Shown here piece after piece: positions 27,105-39,305 of a stretch of DNA of 64,000 bases. Origin of the DNA: Octopus sinensis (Eukaryota); assembly GCF_006345805.1 (NCBI RefSeq), contig NC_043001.1, positions 71,300,001 through 71,364,000 of the forward strand, read 5' to 3'. Position 1 is the stretch's first letter; the number at the start of each line of letters is the position of its first letter. The notes below the pieces were generated by a model, which was not told where the DNA came from, searched no databases, and saw nothing but the letters and a program-made list of their open reading frames with translations. The position numbers were made by a program, and so were the translations under genes.

Positions 27105-27352
27105 ATTAAGAGGAATGACCACTAAAGTGGACTCCTAATATGCTAAATATAGACGTTAAATTATCATTAACACGAAGAGTGTGTAATGGCGATTTGACGT
27201 CTATATTTCGCATATTAGGAGTCCACTTTAGTGGTCATTCCTTTTAATTTTGTATGTAATAGAATTTTTAACCTTCGGATTCTTTTAAATATGCTAAGCC
27301 AGTGGTTTTGATTAATTAATATCAACTTCTACCCTCATTATTTAATTTTACA
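27100..27352. repeat. Hairpin-containing dispersed repeat flanked by (TA)n; relatives at ~45990-46245 and ~58260-58430
   Basis: Internal inverted arms AGGAATGACCACTAAAGTGGACTCCTAATATG / CATATTAGGAGTCCACTTTAGTGGTCATTCCT; shared tail …ATATGCTAAGCCA(G/C)TG…ATATCAA(C/T)TTCTACCCT(C/T)AT. Confidence 0.7.
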
Positions 27353-28529
27353 TATATATATGCGTGGGTCTATATATTTGTGCACGTATATATTTATATA
27401 TACGTACATATTTATAAACATGTGCGCATGTATGTATACGTGTATGTGTGTGTGTGTGTGTGTGTCGTAGTGTACGAATATACTATCAATATACGTAGGC
27501 ATTATGGAACATACAATGTTGCAAATAGGAAAACAAAGGCGTATAATCAAAAATTCAAAATGAAAACAAATAAAATATCGATCTACAATTGTATACCATA
27601 ACACATTATTTCGGATTTATGCACCACTCATCTACAAAATGGAGAGATAGATCTGTCCACTCAGAATAAACAAAAGAATATTGGTTTACGATGTTGCTTC
27701 TTAGTACAATACTTCGGATTATACACCGCTTATCTAGAAATGATGAGATGCTCTGATCAGTTTAAATCAGCCATATAGCTGATTCTCAGTCACTAATATT
27801 AGAGAAGATACTCTATTTTTAGACACTGATATTGTGAAATCATGTAAATAGTTCCGGCTTTGTAATAACAGTTGTATCCTAGTTGTTATATCTTTGTAGG
27901 CATTATTTAACGGAGAAAGGTTTTTGTATACGAGTGATTGTTAATGTAGATCCGCTGTTTATAAATGAAATGATATAGTACACATTGTAACCCAGTAAGT
28001 ATATGTCTACATTTTTAACGATGTAGTTGGCTAATTATTAGAAACTATTGACTTGTAGGGAGCCTGTGGAAAATAACAGTGTATGCCAGTTGTATATTTA
28101 ATCCCTCCATACACATCGCTTGATTACGTACACGTAATACACAGTATGTGTATTTGTGTGCGTGCCTGTGTGTGTTCACGTGCATATGTGTGTGTGTGTG
28201 TGTGTCAAGAAAAAAGAAAGGTCCTTCCGAGCCATAGGTTCATAAGTCCAATTTTCCGGATTATGTGGCGCATATATTCACTCACTGGTCGGAATGCCAG
28301 AATGTTTTAGAATTAGTCATTTCTTTAGTTGAGTGAACTGGAAAAACGTGAATTATAGCGCTTTGCTCAAGAACACAATGCATCACCTGGTCCACGGTCA
28401 AAACCATATAAAAACACCATGCTAGAAGGGTTCAATTTTAAGAATAATAAAGCCTGTATTGAACTAAACGGAGATGGGCTTAAATGACGTAGGACATCAT
28501 CCTGCATACAGCATGAATATAACTAGAAT

Positions 28530-28870
28530 ATAGTTAGAAGATTTCTGAAACTCATAGATACCCGCTTCCTACACTCACATAAATAGCACAAAGTCATTAA
28601 TAGGAATTCGATTAAAGTTATCAATTGTTTCCTCTCCAACATAGGATTGATGATTTCAAACGCACCAAGAATAAAATTAGTAACACCTCCATCAAAATCC
28701 TGCAATTGTAGATTACCGGATAACTATCCCCTAAAAAATATACGTGTGTAGAAGTCTAGCATCACGGACTTGAACGGAACAGCAAAAACTTACATTTGAA
28801 TGACGGAAACACCTTCAAGGAGACATAAATAATGAACATTTTAAACATTATGAAGATTTCACCCCTTGCA
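28530..28870 (+). mobile_element. Degenerate Penelope-like element C-terminal fragment (RT thumb to GIY-YIG)
   Basis: FLKLIDTRFLHSHK*HKVINRNSIKV...CNCRLPDNYPL...KTYI*MTE parallels the 35535 ORF (FLALIDRHFPVNHAYRKLFNRHNLKI...CSCRNKELCPL...KYVGLTE). Confidence 0.7.
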
Positions 28871-29544
28871 TTCACAAATAACAATTCATGCTTCGAAGTT
28901 TTCAAGCATAATCCATCCCATATCCACTCTGTCACCCTTCTAGCCTGGCTTATGAACTTACAACCCCATGGACCAACATAGGTGTCGGAAATATATGAAA
29001 CCCCAAAAATAATTCAATACGCATGATTAAACACGAACAGAAGGATATTGCATCTGAGAATTCATATGTATGCTTGCGTGCGTGTATGCATGCGCATGTG
29101 TCTATGTGTGTATCTGCCTGTTTTTGTGTATTTTGTATGTTTATATATTTATATGTGTATTGTAAGTGTAAATATATGTATGAATTTATAAATATGGAGG
29201 TGAACGAGCGTTCTTGCATGAGATATTTAAGAAATTATTAATTCCTTAATGATCTATAGTGAAAGTAAAAGTCCAGGGCCCGTGCAAGTGAAAAACTAAT
29301 TAAGGTATTCTGATAAGTTAACATCAGGTTATCGGTTATTTGTTTCTAAACCCGTGCAGTCTCGTATAAAGTCGTGTATTCGCGTCCAAAGTGGATATAA
29401 GTACAAACACTTCCATATGGCACATTCAGCCCCCAAGAAATATTTATCCACCAATGCTATCATTTACGCTGCTCGATGTTAGGTTGCATATATATGTATA
29501 TATATGTATATATATATATACATATATATATGTGTGTTTACTCC

Positions 29545-29600
<56 letters not shown>

Positions 29601-29840
29601 CCGGAGTAAACACATAAATGTGAAACAAGGTGGAAAAGAGAGTACTCAAATACCAGTGGTAGAGTAATATGCTTTATTTAAAGCAGCAGAAAATTCAACA
29701 AAACTTATTCAAGGTAATTTCTACTTGTCTGCAATGCATCAGTATTATTTGAAAAACGGCAAGTGATATATGTAATTTTGTATATAGCCAGCTTTGACTT
29801 TTGTTGGCATAGCAAGCTTGTAGGGCACAAAATGGATGAC

Positions 29841-29965
29841 TGCAGGCGCTTTTCTGAAGAAGTTGGTATTCTTGGATCCTTTCATTTTGGCTAGAAATCT
29901 GAAATCCTTGTGGTGTTTCATTGTAAAGTCTATATATATATATATATGGTGTTTCATTGTAAAGA

Positions 29966-30004
<39 letters not shown>

Positions 30005-30111
30005 GTGTGTGTGTGTGTGTATGTATGCAGGCGCTTTTCTGTAGAAGTTGGTATTCTTGAATCCCTTCATTTTGGCTTGAAATCTGAAATCTTGTGGTGT
30101 TTCATTGTAAA

Positions 30112-30113
<2 letters not shown>
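29841..30113. repeat. ~88-bp direct repeat (29841-29927, 30026-30113) separated by TA/TG microsatellite
   Basis: TGCAGGCGCTTTTCTG...GTGGTGTTTCATTGTAAAGTC occurs twice, with an extra short copy of the terminus near 29947. Confidence 0.8.
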
Positions 30114-30191
<78 letters not shown>

Positions 30192-30369
30192 CATATAATA
30201 TATATATATATGTATGTATGTGTGTATGTATATAAAATATACATAATATAGTATATATGTATGCATGTATATAAAGTTAATCCAAACAAGAAAGCACAAA
30301 AAACACAATGCGAGGACGTGGAACAAATATAGTGTTATTGGACGCTCAGGAAAGAAGGAAAGAAGGAGG

Positions 30370-30404
30370 GTTTAACGTTTCGAGCGGAGCCCTTCATCGG
30401 AAAC
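30370..30404 (-). ncRNA. Minimal type I hammerhead-like motif (repeat family H1)
   Basis: Minus strand reads GTTT-CCGATGA-A-GGGC/TCC/GCTC-GAAA-CG-T-T-AAAC: helix I GTTT/AAAC, helix II, palindromic ACGT helix III. Confidence 0.55.
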
Positions 30405-30469
30405 ATAGGAGAAGGAAAGATCCAGAGAAGGAAAAAAATCGCCAACGGTACAAACGCGGTCTCATTTTG

Positions 30470-30553
<84 letters not shown>

Positions 30554-30720
30554 TGTATGTATGTTTGTATGTATGTATCTCAGCTGTATATATGTATATA
30601 GTATACGGAATATCAGCGCTCGTGAAATTTCATCATGCGCACGTATTGTTTACGGTGTATGTGTGTGTGTGTTTGTGTGTGTCTATGTGTGTGTGTATAG
30701 TATATTAATATATATATACG

Positions 30721-30754
<34 letters not shown>

Positions 30755-31517
30755 CATACACATACATATATATATATATATAGCATGTGCATAGACACAC
30801 ACATACGGACACACATACACACACTCACAAACACACATATATTTACACGCACATACATACATACATACATACATACATACATACATACACACATACATAA
30901 ATACGTACGTAAGTACGTATAGCAGCACCATTATTATCAATTATTGATCATTTTACAATATCCCGAACATTGATCCTTAAACACAATATCGTATATTATT
31001 TTGCTATTTTGATTTACAAACTTCATGTCATTTGTTCCGAAAACAAATGGTTGTTGATAAGGCATCTCGCTTTCTATTTTATTTTATCCAAATATTATAA
31101 CAACTATTCCTTCATTGTATGTCACGTTTGATGTTCATTATCGATTGGTGAACTGATTGATAGAACGTCCTCCAATATATTGTAAATTCTGCAAGATCCG
31201 ATATCAACTAGGTAGTGATATTACATACATAAAAGTAAAATATTGACAGAGGGGAGGCAAAGGCTGTGTAGATATATTGAAATAAAGACCGTTGTTAACG
31301 TAAATACAGCTGACATTGATGTGTCCGAATAACGTCACAATATTGATCCACAAATCAAAATAATTATTTCAAAATAGAGACCATATACAAATATAAATCC
31401 ACAACTTCACAGGAAAAGTCGCATACGGACACATACACCTGCGCGCACACACGTATAACAGACCACATATTTTCTAATTCTTTGATGTTTGTAGTCATTC
31501 CACAGTTATGGCCATCG

Positions 31518-31560
<43 letters not shown>

Positions 31561-31809
31561 ATAACTGCCTTATTGAACAAATTCCACAAATTAGAGGAGG
31601 TTCGAGTTTCTGGGTGGTAAGCGGTTCTCAGGTTGCGTTAATCACCAGCTAGTGATGAAAACTCACTCCACTGTGTTTAGCAGTAGCATACCCCAGTGTT
31701 TCAGCAGTACATTGAAGAACCTGGTCTCGAAAATCTTCCTATACTGTAGTATTTTCAATACTGGACAAGCGAATCTGAAGCTCTTTCCTCAACACAGCAT
31801 CATATACGT

Positions 31810-32330
31810 TGTGGACATTCAGACGTAGAGGAATGGCCCTCTTCTCTCTTTCACTCCAGTCCTCATCCGGAACTTTGTTCGCACCAGACTGTCATCTGTC
31901 CAGCATTTCGATACATGAAAGGACTTGACATTACAGAGGTTATATTTGTCACGCGTGCGGATGATGACATAATGTAGCAAGTGCCAAAATTTAGACCTTG
32001 GATACATCCACATTGTGTGATCACCTTTGTGCATAAAATGTGTGTATGTCATGTAAAGTCCATGTTCATCGCAAAGCTCCTGCAGCATGAGACCATTGCT
32101 ATTCATTTTCCCTACAACAAAACGTCCTAAAGAGTTCCATGTTTGCCAGTTTGTTTCCACCTTGGCATTGAAATCCCCCAGTAGAATCACTTCATCCACT
32201 CTAGAGACAAGCCAGAGCGAGATGTCTGGTGCCAATATGAGTCGCAGGCTCGGGGATGTGGGAGCGTCATGATCTCCAGCACAAAGCAAAGACCCCCAGA
32301 ATCTCCATTGCCATTCTCTGCATATTTGGT
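31810..32330 (-). mobile_element. RTE-clade LINE apurinic endonuclease (APE) fragment
   Basis: VILLGDFNAKV...GKMNSNGL...MWMYPRSKFWHLLHYVIIR...CWTDDSLV matches the RTE/BovB-like APE motifs GDFNA and HPRSKHWHLIDY. Confidence 0.85.
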
Positions 32331-32509
32331 TTTATATCAGAGTGACCTTTTCCTAGAGACATGCTTCAGCAGAAGTTGAGGGGTATCTCACTCCCACAGG
32401 TCTTCTAGCACGCTAGACACCTTCCCGAAATTTCTGCGGACCCGTGCTACTGCTAGATAGCGGTTGAGCCTGCACTAAGTTCATCTGACCTTTCAACAGG
32501 TTGTGTTTT

Positions 32510-32716
32510 TATATATATATATACCTCGTGTGTACTGTTGGCGATTTTTTCCTCTGTCTTCCCTTCTCTGGATCTTTCCTTCTCCTATGTTTCCGACGAA
32601 AAGCTCCGCTCGAAACGTTAAACCCTCCTTCTTTCCTTCTTTCCTGAGCGTCCAATAATACTATATTTGTTCCACGTCCTCGCGTTGTGCTTTTTTGTGC
32701 TTTCTTGTTTGGATTA

Positions 32717-32725
<9 letters not shown>
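32510..32725 (+). repeat. Repeat family H1 copy (Penelope pLTR-like end) containing a hammerhead-like motif at 32589-32623
   Basis: Homologous to 30278-30460, 51665-51870 and ~54700-54895; runs into (TA)n. Confidence 0.7.
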
Positions 32726-32775
<50 letters not shown>

Positions 32776-32779
<4 letters not shown>

Positions 32780-33573
32780 AGAAAAACAGGTTGCTTGACC
32801 GCATACCGAAAAAATAGAAATAGCAGTCAAGAATGCTTATTTCTATCAAAGTGGGACTCCGGGCACGACAAACCCTGTAATTCACATATGCAAAACAGAA
32901 GGAATAGATATCGAAAACGAAGACTGGTGGTTATCTGTGAACATCATGTTTCTGGATTATAAACATATTGAATATATATTTCATATATATTTTTGATATA
33001 TATTTCATATACATTGCATATATATTTCACATCCTTCTTCAGCACAGCTTTCCATTGAAATAGATTTATCATAGATTTATCAAATGCTACGTACCTCAAA
33101 CCTTCTGACCATGCGACATCAAAATATTTGAAGAAAGCGAGCAAAGGCTAAACCTACATAGACGTTTGAATTCGTAAATCTTCCCTCCAAACTTTTGCCA
33201 TGCGCACTACAAAAATAGATCCATAGGAGTAGGAACTATTGGGTTGTCGTAAGGGAGTGAAAAATCCAATTAGTAATATAATAATAAGGGTAAATAATTT
33301 CTATAGGATGTGAAATATATATGCAATGTATATGAAATATATATCAAAATATATATGAAATATATATTCAATATGTTTATAATCCAGAAACATGATGTTC
33401 ACAGATAACCACCAGACTTCGTTTTCGATATCTATTCCTTCTGTTTTGCATATGTGAATTACAGGGTTTGTCGTGCCCGGAGTCCCACTTTGATAGAAAT
33501 AAGCATTCTTGACTGCTATTTCTATTTTTTCGGTATGCGGTCAAGCAACCTGTTGCCTGTCCCTTTTTCTTAT
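32776..33573. repeat. Inverted duplication: ~250-bp arms (32785-33034 / 33306-33554) with a 271-bp spacer
   Basis: The arms are near-identical reverse complements. Confidence 0.9.
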
Positions 33574-33702
33574 ATACAATATATATACTGAACTTTACAG
33601 AAGTTCCTGCCGGTAATCGGCTATATTTACATACCGAATTCTACCAGTAAATAATTGTGGTTTTTTTTAAAAACCTTTATAGAAATTATTTACCCTTATT
33701 AT

Positions 33703-33742
<40 letters not shown>

Positions 33743-33769
33743 TTATATATATATAAATACATAAGAATG

Positions 33770-34205
33770 CGGAGGCTTTGGTCAATGCTGGTGGTGGCAT
33801 GGAGGTACCCATTCTTGTAGAGAATGGTAACATCCTTGCCCCAACTCTCTTTTCTTTGTAATTTGCTGCTGCTGCTGCTTTTACTCATGCTTTTGCTAAG
33901 GTTAGCTTTCTGGGAATATATGTCAGGTATCGGTCTTCTGACCGCCTCTTTAATCTGCGCCGATTTGCTGCCGATTCAAAAGTCTTTCAGTCTATTATTC
34001 GTGACCTCCTTTATGCAGATGACTGTGACTTAGTCGCTGATACAGTGGATGACATGCAAATACTTAGGAATCGTATTTCTGCTTCTTGCAGGGCATTTTG
34101 ATTCAGTATTAGCCTGCACAAGACTGTTGTAATGTTCCAGCCTGCACCAGGAAATCCAAATGTGGAACCAGCTGTCTTGTTTGAAGGAACAATACTGAAA
34201 GTAGT
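33770..34205 (+). mobile_element. RTE-clade LINE reverse transcriptase fragment
   Basis: ILAPTLFSL...YVRYRSSDRLFNLRRF...IRDLLYADDCDLVA...[11 protein letters not shown] (YADD motif), with stops. Confidence 0.85.
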
Positions 34206-34233
34206 AGTCAACCCGAACTTTCCGGACAACCCA

Positions 34234-34374
<141 letters not shown>

Positions 34375-34377
34375 CTC

Positions 34378-34592
34378 CTTTACTCCTTTATTTGTTTCAG
34401 TCATTTGACTGTGGCCATGCTGGAGCACTGCCTTTAGTTGAAAAAATCGACCACAGGTCTTATTCTTTGTAAGCCTAGTACATATTCTATCGGTCTCTTT
34501 AGCCGCTAAGTTACGGGGACGTAATCACACCAGCATCGGTTGTCAAGCGATGTTGGGGGGAACAAACACAGACACACAAACATATACACACG

Positions 34593-34666
<74 letters not shown>

Positions 34667-34822
34667 GACGGGCTTCTTTCAGTTTCTGTCTGCGTAATCC
34701 ACTCACAAGGGTTTGGTCGGCCCGAGGTTATAGTAGAAGACACTTGCCCAAGACGCCACGCAGTAGCACTGAACCAGGAACCATTCGGTTCGTAAGCAAG
34801 CTACTTACCACACAGCCACTCC
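34378..34822 (-). mobile_element. SINE family C (GGAGTGGCTGTGTGGTAAG head, internal TA/TG microsatellite)
   Basis: Shares CTTGGGCAAGTGTCTTCTACTATA and GAAACTGAAAGAAGCCCGTCG with the copies at 38935-39305 and 60773-61239. Confidence 0.8.
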
Positions 34823-34830
34823 TATACGGG

Positions 34831-35472
<642 letters not shown>

Positions 35473-35534
35473 TGATAAAACGGTAAGATAACAAAAGAAA
35501 GAAAGAGACCTCAATATTATGTAAATAGAGGAAG

Positions 35535-36170
35535 GTGGCCTTCAATATAGGTAAATATTTCCTAGCACTGATAGATAGACATTTTCCAGTTAACCATGCT
35601 TATAGGAAACTCTTCAATAGACACAATTTAAAAATTAGTTTTAGTTCAACTACCAATTTTAAAAACATAATCAATCATAACATACAAAAAACACAAGAAG
35701 AAAACAGCTGTTCATGCAGGAATAAAGAATTGTGCCCGCTAAATGGAGCTTGCATGTCCAAGACCATCATATATGAAGCTACCGTAAACTCTATAACCAC
35801 TAAAGACACCGTTTCGACGAAGAAATACGTGGGCCTGACAGAGGGTAATTTCAAGGCCAGGTTCAATAACCACACTTTGAGCTTTAGGCACTGGAACAAA
35901 AGAAAAGCGACACAATTATCCAATCATATTTGGTCTTAAGAGATAAAGGTGTCGATTATAACATACAATGGAAGATTTTGGCCAGATGTAAGCCCTATAC
36001 TAACGGCAGCGGAAGGTGCGGTTTATGCGACATGGAGAGATGGCTTATCTGGAAAAGCAGCTTAGACCCTACCACATGTCTAAATACAAGGACAGAGCTT
36101 TTCGGATCATGCCCACATGTGACTAAATTTCTGTTACGTTTTTGGTCCCCTAAAGAAAACGGATAGAACA
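35535..36170 (+). mobile_element. Penelope-like element C-terminal coding fragment with GIY-YIG endonuclease, frameshifted
   Basis: CSCRNKELCPLNGACMSKTIIYEATV...KYVGLTEGNFKARFNNHTLSF...TQLSNHIW continues after a frameshift as LRDKGVDYNIQWKILARCKPY...CGLCDME...LNTRTELFGSCPH. Confidence 0.9.
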
Positions 36171-36287
36171 TGCTTTCTGTGTTATGTCCCAAGAAGATTT
36201 TATATATTTTTATATATTTTTATATATTTTATGTATTTTTATATAATTTTTATGACGGTATTTTTTCATAACGTTTTCAAATAGCCA

Positions 36288-36348
36288 GATAACCGAAGAG
36301 ATGGTGTTGTGGATTTCCACTTCGGCATCTGAAACTCAGAGTTTTATC
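36288..36348 (+). ncRNA. Type I hammerhead ribozyme motif 3' of the Penelope ORF
   Basis: GATAA-CCGAAGA-GATG[..GTGGA/TT/TCCAC..]CATC-T-GAA-ACTC/A/GAGT-T-TTATC: helix I is 5 bp perfect and helix III is palindromic; U4C variant and one extra T before G12. Confidence 0.65.
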
Positions 36349-36380
36349 TTGACTACCGAGTAATGTAACATATTGTATAG

Positions 36381-36433
<53 letters not shown>

Positions 36434-37384
36434 TTTTGTGACGTATTCGTCGTTACAGTGGCGCTATATACGATATTTTGGGAGTGATATCTACAGAGCA
36501 TCTACAGAGCAGGATGAAAATGGAAGTAATTGCAATTGTTGTCACGTATGTCGTTTATGTTTTTTCTTGAATGCAATTTTAGGTATTTATTACTGGATAC
36601 AGCTTTTACAAAGTTGCTGATTGTAGTGTATGACAATTTTACGTTGTGTTTGTTTATTCAATTACAGTATAATGATTTTTGTCTCTGTATACTAATGGAA
36701 TTGCTTATAGAACAATGACCACATGGAGTGAAGCATGTAATGCAACAATATTTACGCCTAACCAAAACCTTTCGTGAACATATTAACAGCGCCATGAAAT
36801 TCCTGACTAATACCTATCACCTTCCAAATAAAAATAGAATATAATCTAAATAACAACAAAAACAAGTAAAGAAACTGACCAACTAAAACATACCACCTCC
36901 TCACTTTCTTTTGTGAACCCCTAAAAATGTTTATTACACAAAGTTGACATCCTGTTATTAGGGATTTAAATAATGCTAAAAATCTGAAATATGCGTAGGT
37001 TGCCAAGGAGTTGCATAACAAACTTTTGTCATATGCACAAGGGCAGGTCATTGGCAAGGAAAATCGATATCATCTATCTAATCTAGGAGAAATTTAAGAA
37101 CGAATGTGATGTGCTACAACATGTAGCGAAACAACATGTCTTCTCACATTGAAATTTCTCTGAGATAATGTTACAGCCCCTACCGTGTCATATTTGTATA
37201 TACATTATAAATGTCATACTGGCATTTTATCCTAGTCAGTTTAAGAGCGTATGTTGATATGATTCTCATATGATTCTTCAAGTTCTCATTACTTATTTCT
37301 ACATCGGAACAAGCATTGAAGAGACTAGGCCTGGTTGAAACACCGTGTGAGCCAATCCACCGACGTTCTGAGCTAAAGTATGTA

Positions 37385-38666
37385 CGAGGGGCGTTCAATA
37401 AGTAATGCCCCAGACCCACTTCCCATAGCAGTAGAGCAACGACACTTGGCACAGTTATTAGTCTTTTTCTACATAGGAACCACCCAGAGTTACGCATTTC
37501 TTCCGTTTGATGCAGCTCTGGAGACCGTTTTTGTAGAAGAAGCCAGCTTGGTCCCCCAACCTCAACGTGACTTCAGAAATCAAGGCTGCATCATCTGGGA
37601 AACGCTTTCCTTTCAAAAACAACTTCATGATTGGGAAGAGGTGAAAATCAGAGGGTGCAAGGTCAGGAAAGTAGGGGGGATGAGGAGGAGTTCATAGCCA
37701 TACGCCTGTGCTTCTGGCGACACGCGAGTTGTGGACCGGAGCGTTGTCCTGCAGGAGGAGGATGCCTTTGCTGATCTTGCCCCGCCTCTTGATTTTGATA
37801 ACTTCTCTTAATTTCCTCAAAAGTGAAGCATAATAGGCTCCTGCAATTGTGGTACCCTTTGCCAGGAAATCTGTCATCACTATTCCGTCCTGGTCCCAGA
37901 AGACTGTGAGCATGACCTTGCCAGCGGAGGGTTGCACCCTTGCCTTCTTTGGAGGGGTGAGTCACGGTGCTTCCACTGCATTGACTGGGCTTTGGTCTCT
38001 GGATCATCGTGATGGACCCAGGTTTCATCCTGTGTAATCAGTCTTTTGAAAAATTTTGACTCATCTTCTTGGCACATCTCCAAATTCACCCTCGAGCACT
38101 CGACGCGTTCTTGCTTCTGGAAAGGCGTGAGCAACCTGGGAATCCATCTGGTAGACACCTTTTGCATATGCAAATGGTCATGAATGATAGTTTCCACAGA
38201 CCCGGTACTAATCTTGACCTCATGGGCTATTTCGCGAATAATTATGCGTCGATCTTCCAAAATGGCAGCCTCAACTAGATGGACAGATGCCTCATCAATG
38301 GCAGAAGGGGGCGACCAGATCTGGGAGCTGTTTCCACAGAGTTCCGACCATGTTTGAATTCACGATGCCAGCGTTTTACAAGGTCATATGATGGGGCATC
38401 ATTACCATCAGTTACTTTTATTTCATCAAAAGTCTCCCGTGGTGTGCGTCCTTTCAAATACAAAAACCGGATCACTGCTCGACACTCAACAGGCTCCATT
38501 TCACACTTGACTCGGTTCAAACACCTGTAAATCAGAAACCACAATTAATTCAGAGCGGTAAGTTGCCACTTACTCTATAGAGATATACCTAATTGCACAT
38601 GCAAAATTTCAGCTAGATAAATCAACTGCAAGTGGGTCAGAGGCATTACTTATTGAACGTCCCTCG
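37385..38666 (-). mobile_element. Full-length (1282 bp) mariner transposon, DD34D, probably irritans-like; transposase frameshifted
   Basis: TIRs CGAGGGGCGTTCAATAAGTAATGCC / GGCATTACTTATTGAACGTCCCTCG with TA on both sides. The translation across frames gives MEPVECRAVIRFLYLKG, WIPRLLT, TQDETWVHH, QDNAPVH and PDLAPSDFHLF. Confidence 0.95.
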
Positions 38667-38934
38667 TATTTAACACACAAGTCTCATTAATATGTATTTT
38701 TTTCTGACATAATATGACAGCTAATACAGTTACACATTTGTATGTACCAGAGTATTTTATGTCATGTTGTTTCACGTGCACACACACACACACACCACAC
38801 ACACGCACACGCATGAGCACACATATACATGTGTATGTACCAGGGTGTTTTATGTCATGTTGTTTCACTGTACACACACACCACACACACGCACACGCAT
38901 GTGCACACATATATTTGTATACTTTTGTTCTTTT

Positions 38935-39305
38935 ATTCTTATACTTATTTCAGCCATTTTGACTGTGGCTATCCAAGAACAGCGCCTTTTAGTTGAAGAA
39001 TTCCACCCCTGGACTTATTTTTTGCAAGTCTGGTACTTAATCTATCGGTCTCTTTTGCCGAACCGCTAGCTTTCAGGGACGTAATCACACCAACATCTAT
39101 AGTCAAACGATTGTGGGGGTACAAACACAGACACAAACACATATATATATATATATATATATACGACGGGCTTCTTTCAGTTTCCGTCTGCCAAATCCAC
39201 TCACAAGACTTTGGTCGGCCCAAGGCTATAGTAGAAGACACTTGCCCAAAGTGCCACGAGGTGGGAACTGAACATGGAAGTATGTGGTTGGGCAGCAAGC
39301 TTCTT
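38935..39305 (-). mobile_element. SINE family C copy, head truncated
   Basis: Homologous to 34378-34822. Confidence 0.75.
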
